DNA of 61,976 bases, filler included. It is 5 parts of 5 records of this genome, joined end to end, with 100 filler letters (N's around TTAATTAATTAA, not from the genome) between each part and the next. Parts side by side here need not be neighbours in the genome. Positions count along the whole stretch, not along the records: positions 1 to 26,052 come from SRR20825010_70; positions 26,153 to 43,697 come from SRR20825010_71; 3 more parts are not named here. One strand, given 5' to 3'. Below the pieces are notes generated by a model. That model saw only the letters and a program-made list of their open reading frames with translations. It did not search any database and was not told the DNA's origin. A program made the position numbers and the translations under genes. Shown here piece after piece: positions 19,485-30,554 of the stretch. Positions within the stretch are counted from its first letter, which is position 1, and each line of letters begins with the position of its first letter.

Positions 19485-19997
19485 ATGATAGAAGATGTAG
19501 AATTAATAAAGCTAAAAAAAGAGCTAATAGAAGAAATGGGAGTGTATTTTGAATGTCAAGATATGCTATCTCCACTGTCTTCAAGAATCTTTGGGTATTT
19601 AGCTTTAGCAGGAGATAAAGGTGCAACTTTTGACGAGATTTTGGAAGAGTTGCAAGTGAGTAAAAGTTCGCTTTCAACAAATCTTCAGCTTTTACAGTCG
19701 ATGGGAAGGATTGGTTATTACACAAAACCGGGAGACCGTAGAAGGTATTTTAAGGCTTCGGTTGATAATATGATAAATCGTTTAGATGATAAGATTAATT
19801 CTTGGAAAAAAGAGCGAGAACTGCATGTTAAGGTTCTTAATTATCGAGAAAAAACATTATCAGCAGATGATAAATTAACAATGAAAAACAGAAAAGATCT
19901 TTCTTTCAATAAGCACTACATTGAGTTTGTGGATGCCATGATTGAAAATTTATGTAAACTAAAAAATAATTTAATAACAGTCAATCAAGTACAATAA
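19485..19997 (+). CDS. GbsR/MarR-family transcriptional regulator
   Basis: LIEEMGVYFE...SRIFGYL...TFDEILEELQVSKSSLSTNL...GDRRRYF winged HTH. Confidence 0.85.
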   Translation: MIEDVELIKLKKELIEEMGVYFECQDMLSPLSSRIFGYLALAGDKGATFDEILEELQVSKSSLSTNLQLLQSMGRIGYYTKPGDRRRYFKASVDNMINRLDDKINSWKKERELHVKVLNYREKTLSADDKLTMKNRKDLSFNKHYIEFVDAMIENLCKLKNNLITVNQVQ

Positions 19998-21121
19998 TGA
20001 GTTCAAAATTATATTCTAAACTATTCCTAGTAGGTCTTGCAATAGTCCTTGTAAGTTGTGGGAAGAAGGAAAAAGCGCAACAAGCAGCTCAGGCAATGCC
20101 TTATCCTACTGTAAAGATAGAAAGTAAAAAAATTACTGGTTATAAAACTTATCCTACAAGTATAGAAGGGGTTATAAACAGTGGGGTTCGAGCAAAAATA
20201 TCTGGTTATATAAAAGATGTTTTAGTAGACGAAGGACAGCAAGTTAGCAAAGGGCAAGTTTTATTTCGTTTAGAAACAGAATCTTTAACTCAAGATGCTG
20301 GTGCTGCTCAAGCTAGTGTAAATGTAGCCCAAGTGGAGGTTGATAAATTAAAGCCACTAGTAGAAAAAGGAATTATTAGTGAAGTTCAATTAGAAACTGC
20401 CAAAGCTAATTTAGCACAAGCAAAGAGTAATTATAGCGCCATAAATGCTAATATAAATTATGCTACGGTTAAAAGTCCTGTTGATGGTTTTGTAGGGGCA
20501 ATACCTTATAGAGAAGGAACTTTAGTAAGTCCGAGTGACCAAATACCGTTAACAACAGTTTCTGATATAAAAGAAGTATATGCTTATTTTTCAATGAATG
20601 AAGAGGATTACTTAGATTTTGTTCAGAATACAAAAGGAGATTCCCGTCAGGAAAAACTTGACAATTTTCCAGAAATCAATTTGGTTTTAGCTAATGGCGA
20701 ATTGTATAAGCATAAAGGAAAAATTAAAACTGTAACTGGGCAAGTAAACCAAAATACAGGTACAGTTAGCTTTAGAGCTACATTTCCTAATCCAGAAAGA
20801 CTTTTAACAAATGGAAACAGTGGGGTAATACAAATCCCTACCGTTTATACAGATGTACCTGTTATTTCTCAAGAATCTACTTTTGAGCGTCAGGGGCAAA
20901 CATTAGTTTTTCATGTAGGAAGTGATAATAAAGTAAAATCTGAAGTAATTAAAATTACAGACCACATAGAAAACTTATATGTAGTAGAATCTGGTGTTAA
21001 AATTGGAGATGTTATAGTGGCTAAAGGAGTGGATAAACTTAGAGATGGAGCTGAAATTGTACCACAAGAAACGTCATTTGATAGTATAACAAAACCGATA
21101 AAAACATTATTTAGAAACTAA
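19997..21121 (+). CDS. RND efflux periplasmic adaptor (lipoprotein)
   Basis: Lipobox LVSC; ISGYIKDVLVDEGQ, SPVDG, TGTVSFRATFPNP. Confidence 0.93.
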   Translation: MSSKLYSKLFLVGLAIVLVSCGKKEKAQQAAQAMPYPTVKIESKKITGYKTYPTSIEGVINSGVRAKISGYIKDVLVDEGQQVSKGQVLFRLETESLTQDAGAAQASVNVAQVEVDKLKPLVEKGIISEVQLETAKANLAQAKSNYSAINANINYATVKSPVDGFVGAIPYREGTLVSPSDQIPLTTVSDIKEVYAYFSMNEEDYLDFVQNTKGDSRQEKLDNFPEINLVLANGELYKHKGKIKTVTGQVNQNTGTVSFRATFPNPERLLTNGNSGVIQIPTVYTDVPVISQESTFERQGQTLVFHVGSDNKVKSEVIKITDHIENLYVVESGVKIGDVIVAKGVDKLRDGAEIVPQETSFDSITKPIKTLFRN

Positions 21122-21144
21122 CAAAAAAGCTTAAAAAGTAAGTT

Positions 21145-24100
21145 ATGCTAAAAACATTTATAGAGAGACCTGTATTATCTACAGTAATCTCCATTATATT
21201 AGTAATTTTAGGAGGGTTAGGGGTTTTAACCTTGCCTATAGAGCAGTATCCAGATATTGCCCCTCCTACTGTTCAGGTAAATGCTACCTATCCTGGAGCC
21301 AGTGCCGAAACTATATTAGAGAGTGTAATTATTCCTATTGAAGAGCAGATAAATGGAGTGGAAGGAATGACGTACATTACTTCTACCGCTACCAATGCTG
21401 GTACAGCAAATGTTACGGTTTATTTTGATCAAAATACAGATCCAGATATTGCTGCTGTAAACGTACAGAACAGGGTGTCTAGAGCCAATGCCTTGTTGCC
21501 GCAAGAGGTTGTACAAACAGGAGTTATAACACAAAAGCAACAAACGAGTTCGCTGATGTTTATTTCTTTTTTCTCATCTAATGAGGATTACGACGCTACG
21601 TATGTTCAGAATTACTTAAAAATTAACGTTATTCCAGAATTACAGCGTGTAAATGGGGTTGGAGATGTTAATGTATTTTCTAGTCAAGATTATGCAATGC
21701 GTATTTGGTTAAAACCAGATAAATTATCGGCATATAATTTAATTCCATCAGATGTTTCGGCAGCTTTAAGAGAGCAAAGTTTAGAAGCAGCTGCAGGTTC
21801 TTTAGGAGAGAATAATGGAGAGGCTTTTTCTTACGTAATAAAATACAGTGGGCGTTTTAAAACTGAAAAACAATACGAAGACATCATTATAAAAGCGCTA
21901 GGGAATGGTCAGTATCTACGTTTAAAAGATGTTGCAGATATAGAATTGAGTGCGCAATCTTTTGCTTCGAGTTCTATTACAAATGGGTATCCAAGTGTAA
22001 ACATGGCGATATACCAAACAAAAGGATCCAATGCACAAGAGATTATTGAGACTATTCGCGAAAAATTGGAGAATCTGAAGCCAGATTTTCCAAAAGGGAT
22101 AGATTTGTTTATTCCGTATGATACAAACGACTTTTTAACTGCATCGATAGATAAGGTGGTGCATACACTTATTGAGGCGTTTATATTGGTTTTCTTGGTA
22201 GTATTTATTTTCTTACAAGATGTTAGATCTACTTTAATTCCTGCTATAGCAGTTCCTGTTGCAATTATAGGTACTTTCTTTTTTCTGAATGTCTTCGGAT
22301 ATTCCATAAACTTACTAACATTATTCGCTTTAGTGCTGGCTATTGGTATTGTGGTCGATGATGCTATTGTAGTGGTGGAAGCGGTGCATGCCAAGATTGA
22401 AGAAGGGAATGAGAAATCTGCAAAATCTGCAACTATAAATGCAATGACAGAAATATCAGGAGCTATTATATCTATTACCTTAGTAATGGCAGCTGTATTT
22501 ATTCCTGTTACATTTATCCAAGGACCAACAGGGGTTTTTTATGAGCAATTTGGGGTAACGCTAATTGTAGCGATTATGATTTCTGCTGTAAATGCCTTAA
22601 CCTTAAGCCCTGCATTGTGTGCATTATTCTTAAAAGTTCATACGGAAGAGGAGAAGAAAAATACAACATACTTACAACGTTTTTATGACGGTTTTAATAA
22701 GGGATTTAGTGCTACTACAGAACGTTATGGAAGATCTTTAGGCTTTCTATACAAACATAAATGGATTACTGGAGTTGCATTATTGGCGTCTATAGCTGGT
22801 ATAATTTGGGTTTCTTCAACTACTCCAACTGGTTTTGTTCCTAATGAAGATCGTGGGATTATTTTTGCGAATGTAGAATTACCTGCGGGTTCATCTATAG
22901 ATAGAACTGGAGAAGTAAACAGATTATTATATGAAAAAACTAAGGATTTACCTGGTGTAGAAGGTGTGTCTGTAATTAGTGGATTTAGCTTATTAGGAGG
23001 ACAAGGTAGTAACTACGGATTAGGATTTATTAAATTAAAAGACTGGGAAGAACGTGGAGAAGATTCTCTTTCTGTAGATGCGCTTACCAAGAAGTTATTT
23101 GGAATAGCTACTACAATTCCAGAGGCAAATATTATATTTTTTGCACCGCCAAGTATTCCTGGTTTTGGAATTTCTTCTGGTTTTGAAGTGAATTTATTAG
23201 ATAGATCTGGAGGTGCTTTTACGGAACTAGATGAGGCTAATCGTGATTTTATGATGGCCTTAATGAAACATCCTGAAATTCAATATGCGCAATCTTCTTT
23301 TAATACTGAATATCCACAGTATGAGATGGAGATTAACGTGCCTGTTGCTAAAGAAAAGGGAGTGCCTATTAGCTCCATATTCTCTACCTTACAAGGATAT
23401 ATAGGAGGTATTTATGCAGCCGATTTTGCTAGATTTGGTAAACAGTATCGTGTGTATTTACAAACACTTCCCGAAAGTAGAGATAATAAACAATCTTTAA
23501 ATGAATTGTATGTTAGGACCGGAGAAGGGGAAATGGCACCTATTACTCAGTTTGTAAAACTAAAAAGAGTGTACGGACCTCAGTCGGTTACCCGTTTTAA
23601 CTTATTTAATTCTTCTAAAATTACTGGAGCTTCAAATCCTGGCTATAGTACTGGGGATGCAATTGCTGTAGTAGAAGCTGAAGCGGCAAACTTACCATCA
23701 AATTATGATATTGCTTATTCTGGACTAACTAGAGAAGAGGTAAATGCAGGAAGTCAGACAATTTTAATATTTATTTTAAGTATTGTGTTTGTGTACTTTT
23801 TATTATCGGCACAGTACGAAAGTTATTTGCTGCCTTTTTCGGTAATCTTATCATTACCATTAGGGGTATTTGGAGCTTATTTTACAACCAAAATGGTTGG
23901 ATTGGAAAATAATATTTTCTTCCAAATTGCACTTATTATGTTAATTGGGCTTTTAGCCAAAAATGCAATTCTTATTGTGGAGTTTGCACTTCAACGTCGA
24001 AGACGAGGAGAGAGTCTTGCAGATGCTGCAATTCATGGGGCTAAAGCTAGGCTTAGACCAATTTTGATGACTTCATTTGCTTTTATTTTGGGATTAATGC

Positions 24101-24294
24101 CATTAGCATTAGCAGGTGGTGTTGGTGCCGCTGGTAACCGTTCTATAGGAACTGGAGCAGCAGGAGGGATGTTAATTGGAACAATTTTAGGAGTGTTTGC
24201 AATCCCAATTCTTTTTGTAGTATTCCAATGGTTACAAGAAAAAATTTCAGGAGCTCCAGAAGCTATTGTTGAATCTGAAGATAACTTAAATTAA
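21145..24294 (+). CDS. RND efflux permease, HAE1 (AcrB/MexB) family
   Basis: 1049 aa; QYPDIAPP, GIVVDDAIVVVE, AKNAILIVEF, RLRPILMTS. Confidence 0.95.
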   Translation: MLKTFIERPVLSTVISIILVILGGLGVLTLPIEQYPDIAPPTVQVNATYPGASAETILESVIIPIEEQINGVEGMTYITSTATNAGTANVTVYFDQNTDPDIAAVNVQNRVSRANALLPQEVVQTGVITQKQQTSSLMFISFFSSNEDYDATYVQNYLKINVIPELQRVNGVGDVNVFSSQDYAMRIWLKPDKLSAYNLIPSDVSAALREQSLEAAAGSLGENNGEAFSYVIKYSGRFKTEKQYEDIIIKALGNGQYLRLKDVADIELSAQSFASSSITNGYPSVNMAIYQTKGSNAQEIIETIREKLENLKPDFPKGIDLFIPYDTNDFLTASIDKVVHTLIEAFILVFLVVFIFLQDVRSTLIPAIAVPVAIIGTFFFLNVFGYSINLLTLFALVLAIGIVVDDAIVVVEAVHAKIEEGNEKSAKSATINAMTEISGAIISITLVMAAVFIPVTFIQGPTGVFYEQFGVTLIVAIMISAVNALTLSPALCALFLKVHTEEEKKNTTYLQRFYDGFNKGFSATTERYGRSLGFLYKHKWITGVALLASIAGIIWVSSTTPTGFVPNEDRGIIFANVELPAGSSIDRTGEVNRLLYEKTKDLPGVEGVSVISGFSLLGGQGSNYGLGFIKLKDWEERGEDSLSVDALTKKLFGIATTIPEANIIFFAPPSIPGFGISSGFEVNLLDRSGGAFTELDEANRDFMMALMKHPEIQYAQSSFNTEYPQYEMEINVPVAKEKGVPISSIFSTLQGYIGGIYAADFARFGKQYRVYLQTLPESRDNKQSLNELYVRTGEGEMAPITQFVKLKRVYGPQSVTRFNLFNSSKITGASNPGYSTGDAIAVVEAEAANLPSNYDIAYSGLTREEVNAGSQTILIFILSIVFVYFLLSAQYESYLLPFSVILSLPLGVFGAYFTTKMVGLENNIFFQIALIMLIGLLAKNAILIVEFALQRRRRGESLADAAIHGAKARLRPILMTSFAFILGLMPLALAGGVGAAGNRSIGTGAAGGMLIGTILGVFAIPILFVVFQWLQEKISGAPEAIVESEDNLN

Positions 24295-24295
24295 G

Positions 24296-25696
24296 ATGAA
24301 GAACTTAAAAATATATAAAATCATACTAGGGCTTAGCGCGCCATTGCTGTTGCAATCGTGTTTTGTGGCTAAGAATTATGAAAGACCTGAGGTTGAAACG
24401 GAAAATCTTTATAGAACCGATCAGCTATCTCAAGACAGTACTTCATTAGGAATGGTTTCATGGAGAACTTTATTTAAGGATCCAATTCTAGAAAGATATA
24501 TAGATACTGCACTTGTTAATAATTTAGATATCAGAATGGCGCTACAGCAAATTGTGGCTTCAGAGGCTTATTTAAAACAAGGAAAGGCTGGCAATTATCC
24601 AACTTTAAATTTAAATGGAACAGTTACGCGTCAGGAAAATTCTGAAAACAGTCAGTTTGGAAGTATTTTTAATGCCCCTTATGAGCAATACGATTTAACG
24701 GCAAGTTTATCATGGGAAGCAGATATCTGGGGAAAAATACGAAGTAATAAAAGAGCTTTCGAAGCAACGTATTTGCAAACTATCGAAGCGCATAAAGCTG
24801 TTAAAACAGAACTTATTGCAGCACTTGCTTCTACCTATTATCAATTACTTTCTTTAGATGAACAGTTAAAAATCACTAATGAAACAGTAGAAAATAGAGA
24901 AGGGAGTTTAGAAACAACAAAGGCTCTTAAAGATGCTGGAATGGTTACAGAAGTGGCGGTTAAACAAACCGAAGCTCAGTTATACACAGCAAAGGCGATA
25001 AAAATTGATTTAGAAAATCAAATTAAATTATTAGAAAATGCCTTTTCTATTTTATTAGCGCAACCTCCACATGCTATAGAGCGTAGTGTATTGGAATCTC
25101 AAGAAATAGACCAAGAATTAACTACAGGAGTTCCTTATTTGATGTTGCAAAACAGACCCGATGTAGCTTCAGCAGAATATGGATTAATAAATGCTTTTGA
25201 GCTTACTAATGTTGCTAGAAGTAGCTTTTATCCTTCTATTACATTAAGTGCTAGCGCTGGTTTCCAAAGTTTAAATTTTGATGATTGGATTGATGCGAGC
25301 TCTATTTTTAACTCGCTAGTTGGTGGTTTGGCTCAGCCTATTTTAAATGGAAGGAAAATACGTACTCAATTTGAAGTTTCTAAAGCGCAACAAGAGTCGG
25401 CTTTATTAAATTATAAGCAAACATTATTAACCGCTGGAAGAGAAGTTTCAGATGCGTTGTATAGTTATCAAGCTGCAGTAAATAAAATTGAAGCTAGACA
25501 AAAAGAGTACGAAGCATATAGTTTGGCTACAGAGTATTCTGAAGAATTACTTAATCAAGGTTTAGTAAATTACTTGGAAGTACTTACAGCTAGAGAGAAT
25601 TCTTTAAACTCTGAATTGCTTTTGGTTGAAAATAAATATTTACGTTTAAATGCTGTTGTAACACTGTACCAAGCACTTGGTGGAGGTTGGCAATAA
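24296..25696 (+). CDS. Outer-membrane efflux lipoprotein (NodT/OprM type)
   Basis: Lipobox LLQSC; WEADIWG, RPDV, C-terminal LYQALGGGW. Confidence 0.93.
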   Translation: MKNLKIYKIILGLSAPLLLQSCFVAKNYERPEVETENLYRTDQLSQDSTSLGMVSWRTLFKDPILERYIDTALVNNLDIRMALQQIVASEAYLKQGKAGNYPTLNLNGTVTRQENSENSQFGSIFNAPYEQYDLTASLSWEADIWGKIRSNKRAFEATYLQTIEAHKAVKTELIAALASTYYQLLSLDEQLKITNETVENREGSLETTKALKDAGMVTEVAVKQTEAQLYTAKAIKIDLENQIKLLENAFSILLAQPPHAIERSVLESQEIDQELTTGVPYLMLQNRPDVASAEYGLINAFELTNVARSSFYPSITLSASAGFQSLNFDDWIDASSIFNSLVGGLAQPILNGRKIRTQFEVSKAQQESALLNYKQTLLTAGREVSDALYSYQAAVNKIEARQKEYEAYSLATEYSEELLNQGLVNYLEVLTARENSLNSELLLVENKYLRLNAVVTLYQALGGGWQ

Positions 25697-25772
25697 GGCA
25701 ATAACAATAAAATCAATTTACCTGTTAATGATTTAACTCATTTAATGGATTAAATAGATTTCATTCATGGTT

Positions 25773-25799
25773 AGCCCTTACGAAAGTGAGGGCTTTTTT
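25773..25799 (+). terminator. Intrinsic terminator of the RND operon
   Basis: AGCCCTTAC-GAAA-GTGAGGGCT followed by TTTTT. Confidence 0.85.
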
Positions 25800-26052
25800 A
25801 TGTGTTTATAAATAAAACTCGTTAATCCCTCATAGAGGGTTTAATTATTTCAAAGCCTGTTTTGAGTTTGCTGAAGGATTTCTGCACCGTAATAAACTAA
25901 ACTCCATTGGTTTGAATACTTCTTGGGCTTGATTCGAGATAACTATTTTTTGAAAATAAAATGATTTATTGAATTGTAATTTAACGTGAGTTCTATATAA
26001 GAAAACTAACTTATTTAAATAATTTTTAAATCAGTCTTGACTTTTTTGTTTC

Positions 26053-26152
26053 NNNNNNNNNNNNNNNNNNNNNNNNNNNNNNNNNNNNNNNNNNNNTTAA
26101 TTAATTAANNNNNNNNNNNNNNNNNNNNNNNNNNNNNNNNNNNNNNNNNNNN
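26053..26152. other. Artificial contig linker
   Basis: N44-TTAATTAATTAA-N44; abrupt GC shift across it. Confidence 0.97.
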
Positions 26153-26611
26153 ATGGTCAACGCCCAGCACCACGTCTGAATACATCTGAATAAAGCGGCG
26201 GTAGCTATCCCATGCGAAACGCGCATTACCGCTTTGTTTGGCCAGGCCTTCAACTGTTTTGTCGTTAAGGCCAAGGTTGAGGACTGTGTCCATCATGCCA
26301 GGCATGGAAACCCGGGCACCAGAGCGAACAGAAACCAGAAGCGGGTTTTCTTCATCGCCAAACTTAGCACCTACGCTTTTTTCAATGGCAACGATAGCCT
26401 GATTAACTTCGCTCTCAAGCGTATCAGGGTACGAATGGCCGTTGGCGTAATAATATGTGCAGACCTCGGTGGTGATGGTCAGACCCGGCGGAACCGGAAG
26501 ACCCAGCGAGGCCATTTCCGCCAGGTTGGCACCTTTGCCACCCAGCAGGTTTTTCATATCGGTGCGCCCTTCAGCAGCACCGTCGCCAAATCGATATACC
26601 CATTTGCTCAT
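26153..26611 (-). CDS. ppdK: Pyruvate, phosphate dikinase (5' part, cut by contig end)
   Basis: [36 protein letters not shown]. Confidence 0.95.
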
Positions 26612-26712
26612 GTTAAGCAGTCCTTTACCGCACCACTTAGTCCCCTTGGTGGCGCTGAGTTAGGTCTTTAAACTGGGCCGTTGTGTTTTCTGTTGGTCCA
26701 GTACGTTCAGTT

Positions 26713-28833
26713 CTAGCCTTCAATCAGGCTGAAATCGGCAACGGTGTTCACCGCTGACCGGATTGCACTTAAAAGCGCAAGACGGTTAGCCCTCAGCGCC
26801 GTGTCATCAGCGTTGACGGTTACTTTGTCAAAAAATGCATCGATAGGGGCACGCAGCCTCGAAAGAGCAGCCATCGCGCCTTCAAAATCTTCTGTACCAA
26901 GGCTGGCTTCCGCATCTGCAACGGCAGAAGTGAGCGCGGCCGCTAGAGCTTTCTCTTCCGCATCAACCAGCACGGTCTCGTCAACCGCTTGGTCAAATGT
27001 AATGCCGTCCTTCTTCTCTTCAATACGAAGGATATTGGCCGCGCGCTTATAACCCGCGAGCAGGTTTGCGCCGTCATCCGTGTCAAGGAACGCAGAAAGA
27101 GCAGACACCCGCGCAAGAACGCGTACAAGATCATCGTCACCTTTTGCAAAAACCGCATCGATAAGGTCATGCCGCACACCAAGGTCACGCTGCTGCACCT
27201 TCAGCCGATCCGCAAAGAAGGGGAGCAAATGCTCTTCAATCGTTGCGGAAACATGGTTGAGGATCGCTTCGTCACGGTCCCCGTCTTTTTCCACGCTTAC
27301 CTGAAGGCCAAGGTATGGCTTCAGTGGTTTCGCAGCATTAAGAAGTGTTTCCGCGAGCTCAAGACGAATACCGTTTTCAGTGATCAGGCGAATGATGCCG
27401 AGGGCTGCCCGCCTGAGCGCATATGGGTCCTTGGAGCCTGTGGGCCGTTTATCGATCGCGAAGAAACCAACAAGCGTGTCGATCTTCTCAGCCAGAGCCA
27501 CGGCAACAGAAACAGGCGCGCTCGGGCATTCGTCATTTGGCCCGGCAGGTGCGTAATGGTCACGCACAGCGTCGGCAACCGCATCGCTCTCGCCCTGGGC
27601 CTTGGCGTAATAACGCCCCATAACACCCTGAACTTCAGGAAATTCGAAAACCATGCCTGAGACGAGGTCCGCTTTTGCGAGCATCGCGGCACGGTCTGCT
27701 TCTGCTGCGTCGCAACCCGGGATAAACTGCGCCATATGCTGCGCAAGTGCACGCATGCGGGCCACCCGGTCAGACACCCGGCCAAGCTCGATATGGAAGA
27801 CAATGTCTTCAAGGGCTGGCAGGTTATCTTCCAGCTTGTGCTTCAGGTCCTGTTCCCAGAAGAATTTGGCGTCAGAAAGCCGAGCCGTGAGCACACGCTC
27901 GTTACCAGCAGTGACGATCTTGCCACCGTCAGATGGTTCGATATTCGCGGTAAAGATAAACTTGTTCGCGAGCTTGCCGGTTGATGGGTCGCGGGTCACA
28001 AAATATTTCTGGTCCTTCCGCATGGTCAGGATCAGAACTTCTTCGGGCACGCTAAGGAAAGCAGAGTCAAACGAGCCCATCATCGGCACAGGCCATTCAA
28101 CAAGCCCGGCAACCTCATGGAACAGGCCCTGATCTTTCACCAGCTCGAGCCCTGCAGCACTTGCAAGCGTCTGCGCTGTATCGTGGATCAAGGTCGCGCG
28201 GCGGCCAGCATCAAGGATCACTTTGTGATCAAGCAGCTTCTGCTTGTAATCGTCAAAACCTGCAACTGAGAACTCATCCGGCGCCATGAAACGGTGCCCG
28301 CGGGTGGTATCACCGGCTTTGATGCCATCGATCTCAACATTAACCGTTTTGCCGTCAAAAATGCATAGAATGCTTTGCAGCGGACGCACCCATTTAAGGC
28401 TGCCGCTACCCCAGCGCTGGGATTTAGACCACGGGAAGTTACGCACCGTGGTTTCAAGCGCCTCAGCAATCACATCTGTGGTTGCGCGGCCTTTCTTCTC
28501 AATCACAGCGAAAAGGAAAGTGCCTTTGGCTTCTTCCCGCTCTTCACATTCATGGCGCGCTACCTTGGCCCCACGCAGGAAACCCTCAATAGCTTTCTCA
28601 GGCGCGTCTGTGCGAGGCCCACGGCGCTCTTCGCGTACATCTGGCGTGCTTTCCGGCAAACCAGAGATTGCAAGCACAAGCCGCTGCGGCGTTGCATAGG
28701 CTCGCTCAAGGTCATAACTCAGGCCCGCTGCCTTGAACGCGTCACCCATCATGCGCATCAGGTCATCAGCGGCCTTTTTCTGCATGCCCGCCGGAATTTC
28801 TTCCGAGAAAAGTTCGATAAGGAGATCAGCCAT
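26713..28833 (-). CDS. glyS: Glycine--tRNA ligase beta subunit
   Basis: LLIELFSEEIP, WVRPL, KADLVSGMVFEFPE, TGSKDPYALRR. Confidence 0.97.
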   Translation of the reverse strand: MADLLIELFSEEIPAGMQKKAADDLMRMMGDAFKAAGLSYDLERAYATPQRLVLAISGLPESTPDVREERRGPRTDAPEKAIEGFLRGAKVARHECEEREEAKGTFLFAVIEKKGRATTDVIAEALETTVRNFPWSKSQRWGSGSLKWVRPLQSILCIFDGKTVNVEIDGIKAGDTTRGHRFMAPDEFSVAGFDDYKQKLLDHKVILDAGRRATLIHDTAQTLASAAGLELVKDQGLFHEVAGLVEWPVPMMGSFDSAFLSVPEEVLILTMRKDQKYFVTRDPSTGKLANKFIFTANIEPSDGGKIVTAGNERVLTARLSDAKFFWEQDLKHKLEDNLPALEDIVFHIELGRVSDRVARMRALAQHMAQFIPGCDAAEADRAAMLAKADLVSGMVFEFPEVQGVMGRYYAKAQGESDAVADAVRDHYAPAGPNDECPSAPVSVAVALAEKIDTLVGFFAIDKRPTGSKDPYALRRAALGIIRLITENGIRLELAETLLNAAKPLKPYLGLQVSVEKDGDRDEAILNHVSATIEEHLLPFFADRLKVQQRDLGVRHDLIDAVFAKGDDDLVRVLARVSALSAFLDTDDGANLLAGYKRAANILRIEEKKDGITFDQAVDETVLVDAEEKALAAALTSAVADAEASLGTEDFEGAMAALSRLRAPIDAFFDKVTVNADDTALRANRLALLSAIRSAVNTVADFSLIEG

Positions 28834-28836
28834 GAC

Positions 28837-29715
28837 TTATACCTCCCAACCGTTTTTCTTGATCCATGCGGCGCAGCATCCTTTGGCCAGGTCTCGCACA
28901 CGTCCGATATATGCCTGTCGTTCCGTTACCGAAATAACCCCTCGTGCGTCTAGCAAGTTGAACGTATGGCTCGCACGGATGCATTGCTCATAGGCCGGAA
29001 GTGGCAACTCCGCTTCCAGAAGGGCAGCGCATTCGTCCTGCGCTTTCTTAAAGTCGTCGAACAACTTATCAGTATTCGCAAATTCGAAATTATAAGCCGA
29101 CTGCTGGCGCTCGTTCTCAAGGAACACGTCGCCGTATGTTGCACCAGCGCCATTAAAGTCGAGGTCATAGACATTATCCACGCCCTGAACAAACATCGCC
29201 AAGCGCTCAAGCCCGTATGTCAACTCACCGGAAACCGGTTTGCAGTCAAACCCACCCATTTGCTGGAAATAGGTATATTGGCTGACTTCCATACCGTCGC
29301 ACCAAACTTCCCAGCCGAGGCCCCATGCGCCAAGCGTTGGGCTTTCCCAGTCATCTTCAACAAAACGGAAATCGTGCAGGCTGCTATCAAGACCAATAGC
29401 CTTCAGGCTGCCGAGGTATAGCTCCTGCATGTTGGCAGGGCTTGGTTTCAGGATCACCTGAAACTGGTAATAATGCTGCAACCGGTTCGGGTTTTCGCCA
29501 TAACGGCCATCGGTTGGGCGACGGCACGGCTGCACAAACGCAGCGTTCCAGCTATCTGGCCCAAGCGCTCGCAAGGTTGTTGCGGTGTGGAAAGTGCCTG
29601 CCCCCATTTCCATGTCGTAAGGCTGCAGGATCAAACAACCCTGCTCTGCCCAGTAATTCTGGAGTGTCAGAATAATCTTCTGGAACGGCATTCCGCCGGT
29701 TTTGGGGGATGACAT
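28837..29715 (-). CDS. glyQ: Glycine--tRNA ligase alpha subunit
   Basis: [36 protein letters not shown]. Confidence 0.98.
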   Translation of the reverse strand: MSSPKTGGMPFQKIILTLQNYWAEQGCLILQPYDMEMGAGTFHTATTLRALGPDSWNAAFVQPCRRPTDGRYGENPNRLQHYYQFQVILKPSPANMQELYLGSLKAIGLDSSLHDFRFVEDDWESPTLGAWGLGWEVWCDGMEVSQYTYFQQMGGFDCKPVSGELTYGLERLAMFVQGVDNVYDLDFNGAGATYGDVFLENERQQSAYNFEFANTDKLFDDFKKAQDECAALLEAELPLPAYEQCIRASHTFNLLDARGVISVTERQAYIGRVRDLAKGCCAAWIKKNGWEV

Positions 29716-29813
29716 TATTGTTGACCAACTCTTAAATGGGCGAATCTGTTACTCAAAATTATTGCGCGCAACGTAACGGTCAGGCCAGCACCGGTCAAGC
29801 AAGAGAATGCTTG

Positions 29814-30554
29814 TTATTCGGTAAGAACAATTGGTGCGCCTTTAGTCACAACAAAAGTGTGCTCAAACTGTGCGCCGAAACCTCCATTGGCGAGGCGCAA
29901 TGTCCAGCCATCCATGTCTTCCGCATAGGTCCTGCTTTTGGTGGCCAAGAAGGGCTCGATCGTCATGACCTGACCTTCCTGCAGCTTCTGGCGATTGCTT
30001 GGCTGATATATATTTGAAACTGTTGGTTCTTCGTGAATCCAGGCCCCAACACCGTGGCCATTAAGGCCTTCGATGATATGATACCCGTGTTTTTTGGCTT
30101 CTTTTTCCACGGCTTTGCCGATGGCATTTAGTGGCTGGCCAGCGCGGGCCGCAAACATCGCTTTGCGCTGCGCAGCTTTTGTTGCGTCCAGAAGCTTTAT
30201 CAGCGCGGGATCAACCTTCCCAACCGGGAAGCTCGCACCAGTATCGCCGAAAAAGCCGTCTTTCTCTGCGGACACATCAATATTAACAAGCTCACCTTCT
30301 TTCAAAGGCACATCGCTTGGAATGCCATGCGCGATAGCGGAACCGACAGAAATACATGTATAGCCCGGGAAGTCATATGCAAGCATAGGTGCGGATTGTG
30401 CGCCGCGCTCTTTCATCATTTTTTCAGCGATAGCATCCAACTGGCGCGGCGTAACACCCGGCTTCACCGCAGCCCCCATGGCGCGAAGAACATCGCGGCA
30501 GATACCGCCAATGTCTTTGAGTTTTTCTAGCTGCTCTGGGCCATCAATTGTCAT
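29814..30554 (-). CDS. map: Type I methionine aminopeptidase
   Basis: AHGIP, NIDVS, GDTG, GHGVG, HEEP, TIEPF, AQFEHT. Confidence 0.92.
   Translation of the reverse strand: MTIDGPEQLEKLKDIGGICRDVLRAMGAAVKPGVTPRQLDAIAEKMMKERGAQSAPMLAYDFPGYTCISVGSAIAHGIPSDVPLKEGELVNIDVSAEKDGFFGDTGASFPVGKVDPALIKLLDATKAAQRKAMFAARAGQPLNAIGKAVEKEAKKHGYHIIEGLNGHGVGAWIHEEPTVSNIYQPSNRQKLQEGQVMTIEPFLATKSRTYAEDMDGWTLRLANGGFGAQFEHTFVVTKGAPIVLTE

Noticed and set aside
26097-26108. TTAATTAATTAA repeated four times in the window
   Set aside because: Assembly spacer within N-runs
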